Shown in pieces: positions 38,111-52,968 of a stretch of DNA of 64,000 nucleotides (the stretch's first letter is position 1; each line of letters opens with the position of its first letter). This stretch comes from Eledone cirrhosa (Eukaryota), in contig OZ024761.1 of assembly GCA_964016885.1 (NCBI GenBank), positions 21,638,001 to 21,702,000 of the forward strand. The letters run 5' to 3'. The position numbers and the translations under genes are program-made. Below the pieces are notes generated by a model that saw nothing but the letters and a program-made list of their open reading frames with translations, was not told the DNA's origin and ran no database searches.

Positions 38111-38907
38111 AGTGTATTTTATTAGTGGTAACATAGGCAGTGTATTTTATTAGTGGTAACATAGGCAGTGTATTTTATTAGTGGTAACATAGGCAGTGTA
38201 TTTTATTAGTGGTAACATAGGCAGTGTATTTTATTAGTGGTAACATAGGCAGTGTATTTTATTAGTGGTAACATAGGCAGTGTATTTTATTAGTGGCAAC
38301 ATAGGCAGTGTATTTTATTAGTGGCAACATAGGCAGTGTATTTTATTAGTGGTAACATAGGCAGTGTATTTTATTAGTGGTAACATAGGCAGTGTATTTT
38401 ATTAGTGGTAACATAGGCAGTGTATTTTATTAGTGGTAACATAGGCAGTGTATTTTATTAGTGGTAACATAGGCAGTGTATTTTATTAGTGGTAACATAG
38501 GCAGTGTATTTTATTAGTGGTAACATAGGCAGTGTATTTTATTAGTGGCAACATAGGCAGTGTATTTTATTAGTGGTAACATAGGCAGTGTATTTTATTA
38601 GTGGTAACATAGGCAGTGTATTTTATTAGTGGCAACCTAGGCAGTGTATTTTATTAGTGGTAACATAGGCAGTGTATTTTATTAGTGGTAACATAGGCAG
38701 TGTATTTTATTAGTGGTAACATAGGCAGTGTATTTTATTAGTGGTAACATAGGCAGTGTATTTTATTAGTGGTAACATAGGCAGTGTATTTTATTAGTGG
38801 TAACATAGGCAGTGTATTTTATTAGTGGCAACATAGGCAGTGTATTTTATTAGTGGTAACATAGGCAGTGTATTTTATTAGTGGCAACATAGGCAGTGTA
38901 TTTTATT
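38111..38907. repeat. 28-bp minisatellite (AGTGTATTTTATTAGTGGYAACATAGGC)
   Basis: About 28 near-identical head-to-tail copies, no spacers. Confidence 0.97.
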
Positions 38908-40575
38908 AAAATGGTTAAATGATGATATGATGATGGAGTTATTGTTTTACTGGTTTCAGTCATTAGACTGTGGCCATGCTGGGGCATAGTGAGATTCAAC
39001 ATGGTTGTAAAGTGAACTCCTTAACCAGACTACCATGAAAATGGCATGTGATGGTGACGACATACAGTATATAGAACAGACACATACATAGATATATACA
39101 CATATACATACATACATACACATCTCTCTCTCTATATATATATATATATGTGTGTGTATATGTGTGTATATATATACACATATACATACATACATACATA
39201 CACATCTCTCTCTCTACATATATATATATGTGTGTGTATATGTGTGTATATATATATACACATATACATACATACATACACATCTCTCTCTCTACATATA
39301 TATATATGTGTGTATATATATACACCTAGTTCCACTGTCTGCCTGCTGCTAGTCTTCAAATAAATTAGTATGCATTGTGTCATACACCCACCACCACCAC
39401 CGCCCCCACTCTGCACCCGCTCATCATCCCCACCACCTGTACCCGCTCATCATCCCCACCACCCTGCACCCAACAACCATCACCCCACCACCCTGCACCC
39501 CCCTCATCATCACCACCCACTCATCATCACCATAGCAACAGTCCAGATGTCAGTCAGTTTCCTCTCTCTATCATTACTCATTATAAATGAATGAATATAT
39601 GCATGAGTGTGTGTGTGTGTGTGTGTGTATGTGTGTGGGACATGTTATGTGTGTGTGTGTGTGTGTGTGTGTGTACGTGTGGAGGTGTGTGTTCACAACA
39701 GCTGATTGTGAGTGTGTGTGTATATGTGTGAGAATGAGTGTGTGTGTATATGTGTGAGAATGAGTGTGTGTGTATGTGTGTGAGAATGTGAATGTGTGTA
39801 TATGTGTGTGAGAATGTGAATGTGTGTATATGTGTGTGGAGGGGTGGGGATACAATGGTAATAATTCAGATACCTCCACAGCTGATTGGGTGTGTGTGTG
39901 AGTATATTAGTGTGTGTATGTATGTGTGTGTGTGTGTGAGTATATTAGTGTGTGTATGTATGTGTGTGTGTGTGTGTGAGTATATTAGTGTGTGTATGTA
40001 TGTGTGTGTGTGTGTGTGTGTCTATAGCATGGAAAATGGATGTGTGTGTGTGTCAGTATATGAATGTATGTGAGTGTACATAAATGTGTATGTGTCAGTA
40101 TATATATATGTATGTGTGTGTGTCAGTATATATATATGTATGTATGTGTGTGTGTCAGTATATATATATGTATGTGTGTGTGTCAGTATATATATATGTA
40201 TGTGTGTGTGTCAGTATATATATATGTATGTGTGTGTGTCAGTATATATATATGTGTATGTGTGTGTGTCAGTATATATATATGTATGTGTGTGTCAGTA
40301 TATATATGTGTGTGTGTATATGTGTGTGACGTCACCACCCAGTACAAGACACCACCAGTTCTACACTAGTCTGATATACACTGGAAATAAACTCACCACA
40401 GCTACTCATGAAATCAATAAGTAAAACTAGTATTACTGTTGTTCCCTTTTCATTGATCTGTGAGCTCAGTTCTCTATCAATAGACATCTCTCATCTAACC
40501 ACTCTTACTCCTAGAAACAGCCACTAATAGACATTAAAATACCTTTATATATATATATATATATGTGTGTGTATA

Positions 40576-40607
<32 letters not shown>

Positions 40608-40623
40608 CATATGTGTGTGTATG

Positions 40624-40654
<31 letters not shown>

Positions 40655-40701
40655 GTGTGTGTATGTATATATATATATATATATATATACATATGTGTGT
40701 G

Positions 40702-40738
<37 letters not shown>

Positions 40739-40773
40739 GTGTATGTATATATATATATATATATATACATACA

Positions 40774-40804
<31 letters not shown>

Positions 40805-41061
40805 GCATACGTGTGTGTGTAGATATATATATATATATACATACACATATGTGTGTATATATATAACAAAGAAGGTGTAGTAAGATACCGGGTGGACCAT
40901 GATGCACCAGAGTACTCAATACTTGGGGTAGTAGAGTGGGTAATAGGAAAAAAGCAGGACCCCAACGGCTGAGCTCCGGCTGTTTTGACAGCTAGACCTG
41001 AACAATTCGGATCTAGCTGTCGAAATGGCCACAGCTCAACCGTTGGGGTCTTGACTCTTTT

Positions 41062-41095
<34 letters not shown>

Positions 41096-41264
41096 TGTGT
41101 GTGTATTCATACACAGACAGAGTCCCTATAAGTTCCACCATTGATGGTAATCCAAATTTTGGGTCATTATCAAAATTAGTTGAAAATCACTGACGAAGTG
41201 ATCAATGAAATGGATAATTAAGAGATGTTTTATTAAGAATAAATATGATTACATTATCAACTTT

Positions 41265-41510
41265 GGTGTGTTGCCAGAGTGTAGGGTGGTAGTGTGGTGG
41301 TGGTGTGTAGTATAGGTTGGGGTGGTGTGTAGGTTGTAGTAGAGTGGTGTGTTGCCAGAGTGTAGGGTGGTAGTGTGGTGGTGGTGTGTAGTATAGGTTG
41401 GGGTGGTGTGTAGGTTGTAGTAGAGTGGTGTGTTGCCAGAGTGTAGGGTGGTAGTGTGGTGGTGGTGTGTAGTATAGGTTGGGGTGGTGTGTAGGTTGTA
41501 GTAGAGTGGT
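41265..41510. repeat. 81-bp GT-rich tandem repeat, 3 copies
   Basis: Direct observation (27-aa periodicity in ORF 41257-41598). Confidence 0.85.
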
Positions 41511-41737
41511 GTATGTGTGTAGGTAGTAGTAGTAGTGGTAGTGGTGAGTTGGCAGAGTGGTATTGTGTAGGTTGTAGTAGAGTCCTTACATTAGTCATAT
41601 ATTTACCCTGATCCCTTCACACCCAGAATTACTGAGGTGGGGGAGGGGTTAGTTGATATAATAGATGATAATAATGTTCACCTCACTGATGTCTCATTGG
41701 GATTACACACATCATCATCTTCGTTTAACGGGCATTT

Positions 41738-41769
<32 letters not shown>

Positions 41770-41793
41770 TTATATATATACACACATACACAT

Positions 41794-41884
<91 letters not shown>

Positions 41885-41967
41885 CACACACACATTATAT
41901 ATATACACACACACACACACATTATATATATATATACACACACACATATATATATATATACACACAC

Positions 41968-42104
<137 letters not shown>

Positions 42105-42127
42105 TATATATATATACACACACACAC

Positions 42128-42193
<66 letters not shown>

Positions 42194-42200
42194 TATATAT

Positions 42201-42231
<31 letters not shown>

Positions 42232-42240
42232 CACACACAT

Positions 42241-42272
<32 letters not shown>

Positions 42273-42523
42273 TTATATATATATATACATACATACACAC
42301 ACATATATATATATATATATATATCATCATCATCATCATCATTAAATGTCTATATTCCACACTACCATGGGTTAGACAGATATATATATATATATATTAC
42401 ATACACACTTACATATACATTCATATATATATATATACACACACATCCCAGGTTGTTCACCCTAGTATTTCAATGTTAATTATATACACAGGAAGATCGA
42501 CAGGCACATATGACTACCTATTG

Positions 42524-42573
<50 letters not shown>

Positions 42574-42593
42574 GAAAAGTGTATATATATATA

Positions 42594-43163
42594 TATAACA
42601 AAGGAATTGTGGTAAGGAACCAGATGGACCATAACGCACCAGAGTACTCAATACTTAGGGTAGTAGAGTGGATAATAGGAGAAAGTATGACCCCGACGGC
42701 TGAGCTCAAGCCGTTTCGACGGCTTGAGCTCTGCCGTCTGGGGTCATACTTTTTCCTATATATATATATATATATATAATATAAGATCAAAAGATGGTTA
42801 AAGGAGTTCCATGTATTTTGAAATGCGCATAATAAAATACATGGAACTCCTTTAACCATCTTTTGATCTTATATTATGCATACTCCAGTCCTACAAACTG
42901 TAGAGTGCTTCTTATCCGATATCTGCATTGCTTTATTGTACTACAATAAAACTCACCTCCTACATATATATATATATATAACGAAGGAAATGTGGTAAGG
43001 AACCAGGTGGACCATAACGCACCAAAGTACTCAATACTTGAGGTAGTAGAGTGGGTAATAGGAACCAGTAAGACCCCGACAGCTGAGCTCAAGCCGTTTC
43101 GACGGCTAATTCAGAATTAGCCGTCGAAACGGCTTGAGCTCAGCTGTCGGGGTCTTACTGGTT

Positions 43164-43168
<5 letters not shown>
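42594..43168. mobile_element. Cluster of three Penelope-like pLTR fold-back relics (families B, C, B) separated by (TA)n
   Basis: Hairpins at about 42675-42758, 42776-42877 and a 111-bp palindrome 43058-43168, each built on a hammerhead 3' half. Family B also at about 6125, 15755, 31395, 40863, 47503, 53044, 55750, 56887 and 58577. Confidence 0.7.
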
Positions 43169-43252
<84 letters not shown>

Positions 43253-44062
43253 GCGTGTATATATATGTGTGTGTGTGTATATATGTGTGTGCGTGTGTGT
43301 GTGTTTGATGTTTATGTTCCGTAACTTAACAGTTCAATAAAAGAGATTGATACAAATATATACGAGGCATTGGGTGGATATGATCAACTAGATGAAGGTG
43401 AGCTCCAGTATGGTCGCAGTCTTATGACATAAACCAGTCAAAAGAATGAATAAATAAATAAATACGGAGGCTTGCTACTCTATTTTCTGGTTTGAAGCTG
43501 TTTTTCTACTAATCAATAAATACAGATCAATATTTTCATATCTCAGTTGCATAATACAAGGATTAAACATAACAAAGACAGGATTGTTTTCCTTTTAAAA
43601 GGGTTTGGCAGAGTCAAGATATGGGAGAGAAAGCTTTATGGTCTTCGTTCCGACCTCTGCTCTCTCAGTTCAAAGCCTGTCCAGGTCAACTTTGCCTTTC
43701 ATACTTTCAAGGTCGATAAAAAAAAAAGTACCAGTCTAGTACTGGGGTTGATTCTTTCTCTATAAAACAAAAACAGTCGGTGTTAAGATCTGGAGAGGGT
43801 TGGGCTCTGCCAGGTTTAAAGTGTCCTTGACACACCGTATGACGGTGCCTCTACAGCTCCACAAGGAGTTATGGCATCTTTATCCTTTTATCAAGATATA
43901 CAATCTTTATACACCAGCACGTATGTGGTGGTGTATAAAGATTGTATCCCAGAAAATGACCCCTACCAATCCTGGGGAAAGTACAACTCTCTTCTCTCAC
44001 CTGTGTCATAAACCATGCAGATCTACAGCTGGTCTATAAAGTAATGTGTGTGTGTAAAATTA

Positions 44063-44201
44063 CAAGTAAAATTCCGTTATAACGAATTTTTCAGTATAAC
44101 GAATTTTTTTTTAAAATCTTCGGAGTAATAACAAACAAACGCTCGATTTGTTTTGGTCGATCTCGTTATTAAGAATTTTTCGTTATAACGGAATTTCACT
44201 G
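44063..44201. mobile_element. Tc1/mariner (pogo/Tigger-like) MITE
   Basis: TA-flanked TIRs CAAGTAAAATTCCGTTATAACGAA / TTCGTTATAACGGAATTTCACTG. Confidence 0.75.
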
Positions 44202-47035
44202 TATTACAATAGATGGAGTGATAATAAAATAATTATTTTATTATTCTAGTTGAGATATAATGGAAATTAAATCTATTTACTGTACATTTCACAAGACAAA
44301 TAGGAACCTTTTTACAGGGGTTTACCACCCAAACACGTCATTATCAACCTCAATTTCGTCACCATCAACCTCAATTTCGTCTTCATTAATTATAATTCCG
44401 TCGTGACTCTACGATGGAATGACAATTTTTTTTTTTTCCATTTTTATTTATTTTCATTATAAAGAATGAGGTGTTGACAACAATGGTGACTTGTCACAGA
44501 ATAATTGTAAATATTTTGTAATTTGGCACAAACAACAACAGATTTTGTATAATCTAAATATATTTAAAACTATACACTATTATGTGTGTGAGTATATATA
44601 TATATATATAGGAAGAGTCAGACCCCGACGGCTGAGCTATATAATTGTATATTTAAATCTACACCCTTACATATTTAAATCTACTCCCTTATATTGTTAT
44701 ACAATTAAAACTAAACACTATACTATATTTAATACTAAACACTATACTATATATATATATATATATATTTTATACTAAAACTATACTATATATATATATA
44801 TTTTATACTAAAACTATACTATATACATTTTATACTAAACACTATATTATATATATATATATACATACATTTAATACTAAACACTATACTATATATTATA
44901 TATTTAATACTAAACACTATATTAAATATTAAACACTATATATTATATACAATACTACACACCATATATTATACATTTAATAATGAGAAAGTCAGTTATA
45001 TTACTAAAATTACTAAAAGCCTACATATTTTACATTATTTGAAAATTATTTGAAAATCATAGACATTCTCTTTCATTGAGAATATATTTATGAAAGGTTT
45101 AAATGGACTCAAAGACGGCATCTTGATTTAGTTTTGTTAACAGACTGAATAAATATAATGGCAGTTTTTGTGTAAACTAGTTGTAAAGATATTTCATCAT
45201 ACCGTCTGGAATATAATGAAGGTAGCTAGTTTTACAAACTAAATGGCGTGCTGGGAGGTGGAGGTTGAAAGTACTTTACACGATAGCTCAGACTGCTAAA
45301 AATGGCTGCCAAATATCCCTCAAGTTCCAACCAACATCTAATTTAAGAGAAACGGAAAAAAAAAAACCTATTTTGATAGCAACCCGTCGAAAACGACTCT
45401 GGATTTATGAAACAAAACCAGTCTTTTTAAAGTGTTTTTATTTAGATAAAATCTAAAATAATTTTATATAAGAACCGTTTGTTAAATTATGCTCCAGACA
45501 CCATTTTAATCGGGAATATTGTAGTAAATTTCTGTAAATTCTTCATAAATTAACTCTAATATTCTGTAGTTATTTAAAAATACAGTAAAGAAATTGGGTT
45601 TTTTGTGTAATTTATTTATAAGGTTTCTAGCAATAATTAATTATATTTATTATCTGTGTTTATATAAGAATTATTAACAATTTCTCATGTTATTTATACA
45701 ACTGTAAATAAATCGTTGGGAAAGTGTTACGGGGAGGACTAAGTTAGCCATTGTTTTTAAGGGTTGTACAAAACAAAACACCTTTGAAAATTACTCATAG
45801 TTCTTTTGGCCCAAATGATAATGGTTTCTTTATTAGCCACACAGGGCTCACATTAAGGAGACATTAAAGACGGTACAGGAGGATACAGTGGGGATTCTTC
45901 TGATTTAGGTATAAAGACAACAATTTGGAGACGGGGGAGAATTGAGTAAATCGACACCAGTATGTTACTGGTACTTTATTTTATAAATTAGTCATAATGA
46001 TAATAATTTCTTTATTAACAACAAAACGGTTTACATCAAGGGAAACATTAAGAACGACACGGGGGGTGGGATTGTGTGTGTGTTGATTGGTGTGTGGGTT
46101 TGTGTGTGTGTTGGTTGGTGTGGGTGTGTATATGTTGGTGTGTGGGTTTCTGTATTTTATGTATTAACAAGTTTGATAATTGATTTGCTTATCTAACGCA
46201 GGACAGAAAATCAGACGTTATCTTGGAGGGTAGATAATGTATAAAGTGGTGGTGGTCGCCACTGGAACGCCTTTTATCATTGATTTAACTTTTCTTTACT
46301 AGGAGTTTGCCCTTTGTTTTTTAGCCCGAGTGACCAACAAAGAAAGAATTAGGGGGTCGGACACCATGCTTTGCAGCAAAGAGTTACGGCCCTTTATCAT
46401 CTGAGTTCAAATCCCGCCGAGGTTAACTTTGCCTTTCATCCTTACGGAGGGGGGGGGGGGTCGATAAAATAATGTACCAGTAATACACTGGGATAATTGC
46501 TGGCCTTGTGCCAAAAATAGAAACAATTATTATTATTATTATTATCATTATCAGTAGAGGGTCGGACGCCATGCTTTGATGCATAGAGTTATGGCCCTTG
46601 CCATTCTGAGTTCACCGATGTTAACTTTGCCGTTCATCCTTATGGGGATTGATAAAATAAAGTACCAGTAATGTACTGAGGTCGATTTAATCGACTTCCC
46701 CTTCCCCTCTCCCCCTAAATTGCTGGCCGCCTTGTGCCTATTGTAGAAACCATTAGTATCCTATTATTTCTGTTGCCACAATGGCCCCAAATGAGGAGAT
46801 ATTAGAGACATGTATTACAGTGGAGGTGTTGACATAATAACTGTTTCTACTTTAGGCACAAGGCCAGCAATTACCCCAGTGCATTACTGGTACTTTATTT
46901 TATCGACCCCCCCGTAAGGTTGAAAGGCAAAGATAATAATGGTGTCTATTTGACTTAGAGAGGCACGTGAGGAGACATTTTTAGGTGGGAGGGGGGGGGC
47001 ATAGTAGCCATTTTAATCAGTCAGTTACTTGACTG

Positions 47036-47065
<30 letters not shown>

Positions 47066-47070
<5 letters not shown>

Positions 47071-47260
47071 AACAACATAAGGCAATTATTCCATTTACCA
47101 GTGGTTTCTTAGGATTGAAAGCAAAACCTTTTGCTTTTAAGAAACCACTGGTAAATGGAATAATTGCCTTATGTTGTTTATTACATAATAATAATTAAGC
47201 TCTGTTACCTACATAGAGCACTCTTTTTTCCTGGACTTTTCCGACGGAATTACTTCATTT
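47066..47260 (+). mobile_element. pLTR-like fold-back relic (family E) with nearly complete hammerhead
   Basis: CUUAGGA(core variant)-UUGAAAGCAAAA/UUUUGCUUUUAA-GAAA-CCACUGG-UA^AAUGGAAU at 47108-47161; a 5' inverted arm replaces stem I; flanked by (TA)n and (CA)n. Confidence 0.65.
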
Positions 47261-47311
<51 letters not shown>

Positions 47312-47452
47312 ATTAAGACCAATCAAGATGAATTTAATCTAAATCAAAATTATGGGTGTCATGCCAGAAATGCATGCGCCATATCACCCGCAAAATAAGC
47401 TCCAAGATTCTGTCATTATTCATGTTTATTTATATGTTAATCAATTTCTAGC

Positions 47453-47507
<55 letters not shown>

Positions 47508-47675
47508 ATAAAGTATGACCCTGACGGCAGAGCTCAAGCCGTTTCGACGGCTATTTCTGATATATATATATATATCAGAAAAGGATGGATGAAGAGGTGG
47601 GAGAGAACTCCAAATATCGATTTGCTCTCCGTAGCTCTATCGATCTTATTTTATCGATTAAAAAATGTTGACATT

Positions 47676-47786
47676 AGTAGTAGTGATGGTGGTAGTAATA
47701 GTAGTAGTGATGGTGGTAGTAGTAGTAGTAGTGATGGTGGTGTAGTAGTAGTAGTAGTAGTGGTGGTAGTAGTAGTAGTGGTGGTG

Positions 47787-47820
<34 letters not shown>

Positions 47821-48035
47821 CGGTGGTAGTAGTAGTAGTGGTGGTGGTAGTAGTGGTGGTGGTTGTAGCAGCAGTAGTAGTGGTGGTAGTAGTAATGGTA
47901 GTAGTAGTGGTGGTGGTGGTGGTAGTAGTAGTGGTGGCGGTGGTGGTGGTAGTAGTAGTAGTAGTGGTAGTGGTAGTAGTGGTGGTGGTTGTAGTGGTGG
48001 TAGTAGTAATGGTAGTAGTAGTAGTAGTGATGGTG

Positions 48036-48070
<35 letters not shown>

Positions 48071-48103
48071 GGTGGTGGTGTAGTAGTAGTAGTAGTAGTG
48101 GTG

Positions 48104-48134
<31 letters not shown>

Positions 48135-48270
48135 CGGTGGTAGTAGTAGTAGTGGTGGTGGTAGTAGTGGTGGTGGTTGTAGTGGTGGTAGTAGTAATGG
48201 TAGTAGTAGTGGTGGTGGTGGTGGTAGTAGTAGTAGTGGTAGTGGTTGTAGCAGCAGCAGTAGTAGCAGT
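47676..48270. repeat. (GTA/GTG)n trinucleotide tract
   Basis: Direct observation. Confidence 0.95.
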
Positions 48271-48576
48271 ATTCTATATTTAGCCAGTGAAGGGCAACGA
48301 TCCATATATGTGTAGATATAGATTATATATGGAATATATAACTACTCTGGTTAATCCTGAGACGACGACGACATGTTGGTTTTGTTAAAATATTTTAAAC
48401 TATTGCTTGTCATTCTGAAACATGGGTAGAGATACTAGTGTGACTGTACTGTCACACACACACACACACACACATACATACACACATACATACATACACA
48501 CACGCACACACATACACACAGCCCCCCCCACTCAACATACCCAGTAATACACCAAATGACCTCTCTCTCTCATATA

Positions 48577-48651
<75 letters not shown>

Positions 48652-48691
48652 GTCTACCCCTCTCTCTCTATATATATCTATCTATCTACCC

Positions 48692-48733
<42 letters not shown>

Positions 48734-49185
48734 CTATCTACCCCTCTCTCTCTATATATATCTATCTATCTATCCCTCTCTCTCCCCATCCATCTATCCT
48801 TCTCTCCCTCTATCTCTACCTGTCAGGTGTAATAACAATTTGTTAATTCAACATATTCAATGTAAACAATAAAGTCCACAGTTGGAGTTGATGTTTGTTT
48901 TGATTTTATAACAAAACCCGGCATAACATTTACATAAATTAGGTGAGAGTGATAGATAGAGGGAGGGAGGGAGAGAGAGTGAGAGTGTGATAGATAGAGG
49001 GAGGGAGGGAGAGAGAGGGAGAATGTGATAGGTAGAGGGGTGGAGGGAGAACGCTGTATGTAATTTACATAAAATGATACACATCAAAATGGAGAAGGAG
49101 AAAGTAGAGAGAATATAAACAGACCAATGTTTTCTTGGTGAAATTTGCTAGATTGCAACTATAGTATTCCATTGTATGTGTGGGT

Positions 49186-49223
<38 letters not shown>

Positions 49224-49273
49224 ATGTATATATATGTATATGGCTTCTTGCTACAATACTTTCTATATCTTTC

Positions 49274-49326
<53 letters not shown>

Positions 49327-49431
49327 TATATATACATACACACACACACATATATATATACATACATACACACATATATATATATTTATACATACACACA
49401 CACACACACACATATATATATATTTATACAT

Positions 49432-49464
<33 letters not shown>

Positions 49465-49505
49465 CATACATACACACACACACACATATATATATATTTA
49501 TACAT

Positions 49506-49537
<32 letters not shown>

Positions 49538-50014
49538 TTATACATACACACACACATATATATATATATTTATACATACACACACACATATATATATATA
49601 TATTTATACATACACACACATATATATATATATATTTATACATACACCCACACATATATATATATATATTTATACATACACACACATATATATATATATA
49701 TTTATACATACACCCACACATACAATGGGTTTCTATAGTTGCAATCTAGCAAATCTCACCAAGAAAGCATTGGTCTGTTTATAAATATTTATTAAAATAA
49801 TAGATTAAAGTTTAAGCAAAGAATCGCTGTTTTCCCCCTTAACGGGATCTTCTGAAACTGTATTTATCCTTATCGAGCCATCTTTGGATTTTAGTCTTCA
49901 CATTTATTATTATTACTATATATATATATATCATTCTTTGATTTATTCATTGAATCTTGTTTAACCTTTAAATATATATATATATGTATATATATGTGTG
50001 TGTGTGTGTGTGTG

Positions 50015-50071
<57 letters not shown>

Positions 50072-50332
50072 TAGAAAACAATCAAATTTTTGTTTAATGC
50101 ATTTAATTGCAGACGATCGTTTCTTCCAGACAAAATATTACCCTTATCTTATTTATAATTATATATATATATATAAAGTATAAATATTATTATTATTATT
50201 ATTAATAAAGAAACCATTATTATTATTATTATATACTCACACACATATACATTTTTTAAAAAGCAAAGCCTTTGTGTATACATTTTGGGGGGACACCCTG
50301 TATATATATATAGAGAGAGAGACACACACACA

Positions 50333-50431
50333 CAGGGTGTCCCAAAAAATGTATACACACAGGCTTTGCATTCTAATAAATATTTTCTGTACAGGTAATC
50401 AAAGTGTGTATACATTTTTTGGGATACCCTG
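50333..50431. mobile_element. Tc1/mariner MITE (~99 bp) with an extra TIR at 50263-50300
   Basis: CAGGGTGTCCCAAAAAATGTATACACAC / GTGTGTATACATTTTTTGGGATACCCTG-TA. Confidence 0.8.
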
Positions 50432-51805
50432 TATATATATAAACAAATATATATATATATATATATACTCACAAATACCTATATATTCACACACACACAC
50501 ACATACACACATATATATATATATTTAGCGGTTCGACAAAAAGTGCTTGATAAAAATAAGTAGCAGACTTAAAAAGAAGAAAAATGCTGAAAAGAAATCA
50601 GTAGTGATCTTGATATAATAGATTTAAATAGTACCCCAGCATGACCGCAGCGGATTAGGGCTAAATCTTAGTAAATTTATAAAGGTAGCCCTCTATGCCA
50701 TCAATCGCCCCGCTAGAAATAGCAGCTATCGTATTACACAATCGCTTGTCTTAAATAATTGTAAAAGTTTCATCAGATAATCTACTTTCAGATAGTATAG
50801 TGTGTCTAATTAAGGGGGGGGGGGGAGGAGGCCAGGATTGTCACGGTTGGAAAGATGCCAGAGCATCATTGGTTGACCTGCTAAAATTAGCAGCTACTTT
50901 TCTTTCAAATCGCGCCACCTTTAATATTGTATGAGATAATTTTTTAAAAAGGGAAGGATACATTAGCTAATGTAGGGTAAGATATATTGTATATCAGTAA
51001 AAAAAAAAAGACGGGATGGTCGCAATTGGAGCGTCTTAGAATATAGATTTGATCACTAAAAAATGTGTATTTATGAGTGGGGGCTTGTGCGTGGTCGTTC
51101 GATTACTTAGAAAGAACAGTTAAATCGCGCAACTATTACCGTCTGAGACAAAGATAGATTAGATAAATGTAGGGACTAGATACTAGATAACGAGATGGTG
51201 GTGGTTTGGGTTAAAAGATGGGATGGTCATGGCAGGAACTAGCTTCGATCAATCGTACTTGTCCCTATTTGATAACGATGACAGCTAGTCTACCTTGAGG
51301 GTGGGGGTTGTTAAACATAAACAACTCCAACGGACGAGAGAAACATTTATAATTAAAGATTTTTAATTAAGGCACAAAACGAGGGAGGGAATCGCTTAAA
51401 AATATTTTACTGGAATTTTAATATCGCCCCCTAGAAGGATGAAAGACAATGTTCAATTAACCTCAGTATTTTACTGGTATTTTTACACCGGCTCCCAGAA
51501 GGATGAAAGACAATGTTTACTTAACGCCAGTATTTTAACTGGTATTTTTTTTTATCGATTCCCAGAATTAAAGGCAATGTTTACATCATAATGATTTCTA
51601 ATTTAGACACAAAAGTCAGCAATTTGTGGATGATGGGGGAGAAAAATTGACTAAATCGAACCCTAATCCACAATATATAACAGGTACTTGATAGTTTAAC
51701 CCCGCCAAGCCTCCTGCCATTCCTCAGAAAAATGAAAGACAAAATAAGTTAAACTCATAATCAATAAAATAAATCAATAATACATCAGCCAAAAATAGAT
51801 CTCAC

Positions 51806-51949
51806 CTGACTGACATTGCTTCGGTTTGTTAATTTTTTATGCTTCTTCACAGTTCTAACCATATTGTAGAATGATATCGGTACAACTGACAGTGCGGCTG
51901 TTTTTGAAGGCTTTTAATAGCAGCACACTGCGCATGTCTGGCTCCGCCC
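51806..51949 (-). promoter_or_regulatory. Candidate Pol II core promoter and non-coding first exon
   Basis: On the minus strand: GC box GGGCGG (51949-51944), TGCGCA (51934-51929), TATTAAAA (51919-51912, -32 to -25), Inr TCAGTT with +1 at 51887, and CAG|GTGAG donor after 51806. Confidence 0.5.
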
Positions 51950-52132
51950 ACATTACCATATATGGTTAGCCCATAATTGACCGACATTTTTTTTTTCTCG
52001 TCTGTTTCTTTATTTCTTTCTTTAATTCTTTCCTTTATTTCTTTTTCTCGCTTTTCTTTCGTTTTGTCATCTCATTAAAGTTTGTTTTGGTCTCTGTTAT
52101 AGCTGACGGCCTGGAGGTGTTTCTATATATTT

Positions 52133-52722
52133 GTATATACAGTATATACTGTATATACTGTACATACAGTATATACTGTATATACTGTATATACTGTACA
52201 TATATGTACATACAGTACATACTGGATATATTGTATATACTGTATATACTGTACATACAGTACATACTGTATATACTGTATATATTGTATATACAGTATA
52301 TACTGTATATACTGTACATATTTGTACATACAGTACATACTGGATATATTGTATATACAGTACATACTGTATATATTGTATATACTGTATATATTGTATA
52401 TACTGTATATATTGTATATACTGTATATATTGTATATACTGTATATACAGTACATACTGTATATATTGTATATACTGTACATACAGTATATACTGTATAT
52501 ACAGTACATACTGTATATATTGTATATACTGTACATACAGTATATACAGTATGTACTGTATGTACTGGATATACTGTATATACAGTATGTACAGTATATA
52601 CAGTATGTACTGTATGTACTGTATGTACTGGATATACTGTATATACAGTATGTACAGTATATACAGTATGTACTGTATGTACAGTATATACAGTATGTAC
52701 TGTATGTACAGTATATACTGTA

Positions 52723-52728
<6 letters not shown>
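52133..52728. repeat. Self-complementary TACTG/CAGTA/TATA low-complexity satellite
   Basis: Direct observation. Confidence 0.9.
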
Positions 52729-52794
<66 letters not shown>

Positions 52795-52907
52795 AGTTTG
52801 TTTTGAGCGAGTTTTAAATTAGAAATAGAAGCTTTCGCCGTATTTTTGACTAAAAAAATGTTATCCTGATGGCGGGGTTTAGAACCCTGCGAGAAATGGA
52901 AAAAGAT

Positions 52908-52968
52908 GAGAGTCGAACCCACATCTTTGGTTATTCAGACCACTGTGCTACCATTACACCAACACCCC
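52908..52968 (-). mobile_element. tRNA-derived SINE head (related copy ~30178-30250, minus)
   Basis: A-box TGGTGTAATGG and B-box GGTTCGACTC; no intact acceptor stem. Confidence 0.55.

Noticed and set aside
38111-38907. 28-30-bp arrays (also 31583-31970 and 59517-60420) as CRISPR
   Set aside because: Head-to-tail repeats with no unique spacers and no cas genes, in eukaryotic DNA.
41185-41225. CTGACGA...GAAA as a hammerhead
   Set aside because: Stem II is weak and no stem I pairing exists after any NUH.
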